A stretch of 63,881 nucleotides of DNA, filler included, from Octopus bimaculoides (Eukaryota): the NCBI RefSeq assembly GCF_001194135.2. It is 9 parts of 7 records of this genome, joined end to end, with 100 filler letters (N's around TTAATTAATTAA, not from the genome) between each part and the next. Parts side by side here need not be neighbours in the genome. Positions count along the whole stretch, not along the records: positions 61,869 to 63,881 come from NC_068981.1; 8 more parts are not named here. The stretch is one strand, 5' to 3'. This document shows, piece after piece, positions 61,914-63,881 of this stretch. Below the pieces are notes generated by a model. It saw nothing but the letters and a program-made list of their open reading frames with translations. It had not been told where the DNA came from and made no database searches. A program made the translations under genes and the position numbers. How positions within the stretch are numbered: position 1 is the stretch's first letter; each line of letters starts with the position of its first letter.

Positions 61914-62639
61914 GGGCGCTGGCTAACATTCTCATTCACACACATTCACTCTCGTAAATCACTCAAAATTCACTCACATTCGTACGTTCTCTCACTCTCT
62001 CTCACTCTCTCACGCACACACACACACTCTCACAAACATTTACTCACACACAGCCAGCCACTCACACAAATATTCCACACACACACACAGACACCTACAC
62101 TTACACAGGCACACCTATATGCACTCATTCCCACGAATTTACCTACTTACACACACACACACACACATTCGTATTCGCTCACACCTGTTTAAAAAATGTT
62201 TACTATTGGCATGTATACATCCTAAATAGCTTCTCATATTCTTATAGTTCAACGAATATTGTTACACACTCACTCACACGCACATACATACACAATACAG
62301 AAATTTAGACGAAAAATAAANNNNNNNNNNNNNNNNNNNNNNNNNNNNNNNNNNNNNNNNNNNNNNNNNNNNNNNNNNNNNNNNNNNNNNNNNNNNNNNN
62401 NNNNNNNNNNNNNNNNNNNNAGGGTGAAAGTGTTAACAAGAACAGGACAGTGAGAACAAAACAGAAAAAACAAACGGTGAGGGCTATAGAGCCAAGACGA
62501 TAGAAAAAATATTATGAACGCTAGGTAGACGTGCCATGAGAGAAGAGACAGAAAAAACACGTCTTTTCTTTAGGAAGGCAGTGGACAGAAAGAGAGATCC
62601 CTTTTCGTCACGTGTCAGCGACGAGAGAGTCAAGGAGTA

Positions 62640-62737
<98 letters not shown>

Positions 62738-62874
62738 GGAACGGTGAAAGGGAGAGAAGAATAGGGAAAGGGTGGGAGAGAAAAACAGAAAGGATGAAGA
62801 ACAAGAGAGGGAGCATCCTTTCTGTATATATATGTATATATACAGTTTGTATATATATGTTTGTGCATGTGTAT

Positions 62875-63070
62875 GTGTTTGTCCCTCCACCATCACTTGA
62901 CAACCGATATTGATGTGTTTACGTCCCTGTGACTTACCGGTTCGGCAAAACGGCCCAATAGATTAAGTACTAGGCTTACAAAGAATAAGTCATGGAGTCG
63001 ACTTGTTCGACTAAAGGAAGTGCTCCAGCATGGCCGCTGTCCAGTGACAGAAACAAGTAAAAGAATAAAA
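62875..63070 (+). mobile_element. SINE family A 3' half
   Basis: CTTGACAACCGAT..GCAAAA..GATTAAGTACTAGGCTTACAAAGAATAAGTC..CTCCAGCATGGCC..GAAACAAGTAAAAGA. Confidence 0.75.
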
Positions 63071-63071
63071 G

Positions 63072-63125
<54 letters not shown>

Positions 63126-63239
63126 ACATACATACATACAGGCATACATACATACATACATACATACACAAACACACACACCTATCAATACGTACATACA
63201 TACACAAACACTCGCGCGCGCGCACATACACATACACAT

Positions 63240-63291
<52 letters not shown>

Positions 63292-63351
63292 TACAGCAAC
63301 TGTGGAGGACAGCTTCGTTTGTTTACGTGAACTTCATTACAACCTTATTTG

Positions 63352-63543
63352 TCATCGACAAACAATTTCTTTGTATTTCCGCTTTTTAGTGTTCTTTTGT
63401 TGTTCATACGTGTTGTTGTTGTTGTTGTGATAGTCGCTGGCCTCGCTGTCAACGGTGTGCAGTCGTTGTTGTCGGTAATCGTTGTCGCTGTCATGGACGC
63501 TGATCGGAACCGAGATCAGCTCAAATCGACCAGAGCTACTATC
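63352..63543 (-). other. Possible orphan terminal exon (63 codons)
   Basis: After CAG: DSSSGRFELISVPISVHDSDNDYRQQRLHTVDSEASDYHNNNNNTYEQQKNTKKRKYKEIVCR*; weak acceptor, no recognised homology. Confidence 0.25.
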
Positions 63544-63659
63544 CTGTCTGTTTTAGGGATATCTGCGAGTGTGTGTGTGTGTGTACGCGTGCGCGCGCGT
63601 GCGAGTTTCTGTCACTCTGTCTGCCTGTCTGTCTGTTTTTGTCTCTCTCTGCTTGTCAT

Positions 63660-63692
<33 letters not shown>

Positions 63693-63828
63693 TTATCTAT
63701 CTATTTTTCCCCACGATCCCTTTTGATCGAAATTCTAGCCCCCTTTCTTTTTTTTCCCAAAAGAAAAACTCTACATTGTATTTTGTCCACTTTCTGTATT
63801 TAGCCCTGTGTGGCCATAACAAAAAAGA

Positions 63829-63867
<39 letters not shown>

Positions 63868-63881
63868 TTATCTTTTTTTTT

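Overview
AT-rich, microsatellite-dense animal genomic DNA with many N gaps; the repeat families and gene fragments suggest a mollusc, most likely an octopus (inference). The window is not one contiguous locus. Eight identical 100-bp linkers (N44-TTAATTAATTAA-N44) split it into nine pieces whose order and linkage are unverified. Host-gene content: an intronless inducible-type HSP70 cut off at a scaffold end (60375-61768, +); two phase-compatible exons of a CYP3-clan cytochrome P450 (54498-54618 and 52259-52416, -); an LRAT/HRASLS (PLAAT)-domain exon with the catalytic residues intact (27935-28333, -); and a probable terminal exon encoding a tyrosine-motif tail (34825-35047, -). The rest is mostly transposon debris: tRNA-derived SINEs, RTE, L1/Tx1, R4/Dong-like, Penelope-like, Gypsy, Helitron, Tc1/mariner (including a DD37E-type copy with IR/DR-like ends) and MITE-like inverted repeats. 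The most notable unannotated signal is a set of minimal hammerhead-ribozyme motifs from at least four sequence families. They lie in short inverted-repeat or pLTR-like units that mostly end at TA in microsatellites; the best copy (34335-34377, -) has an intact core inside a 63/64-identical inverted repeat. A ~550-bp non-coding element is also found three times, each time in (TAA)n repeats.
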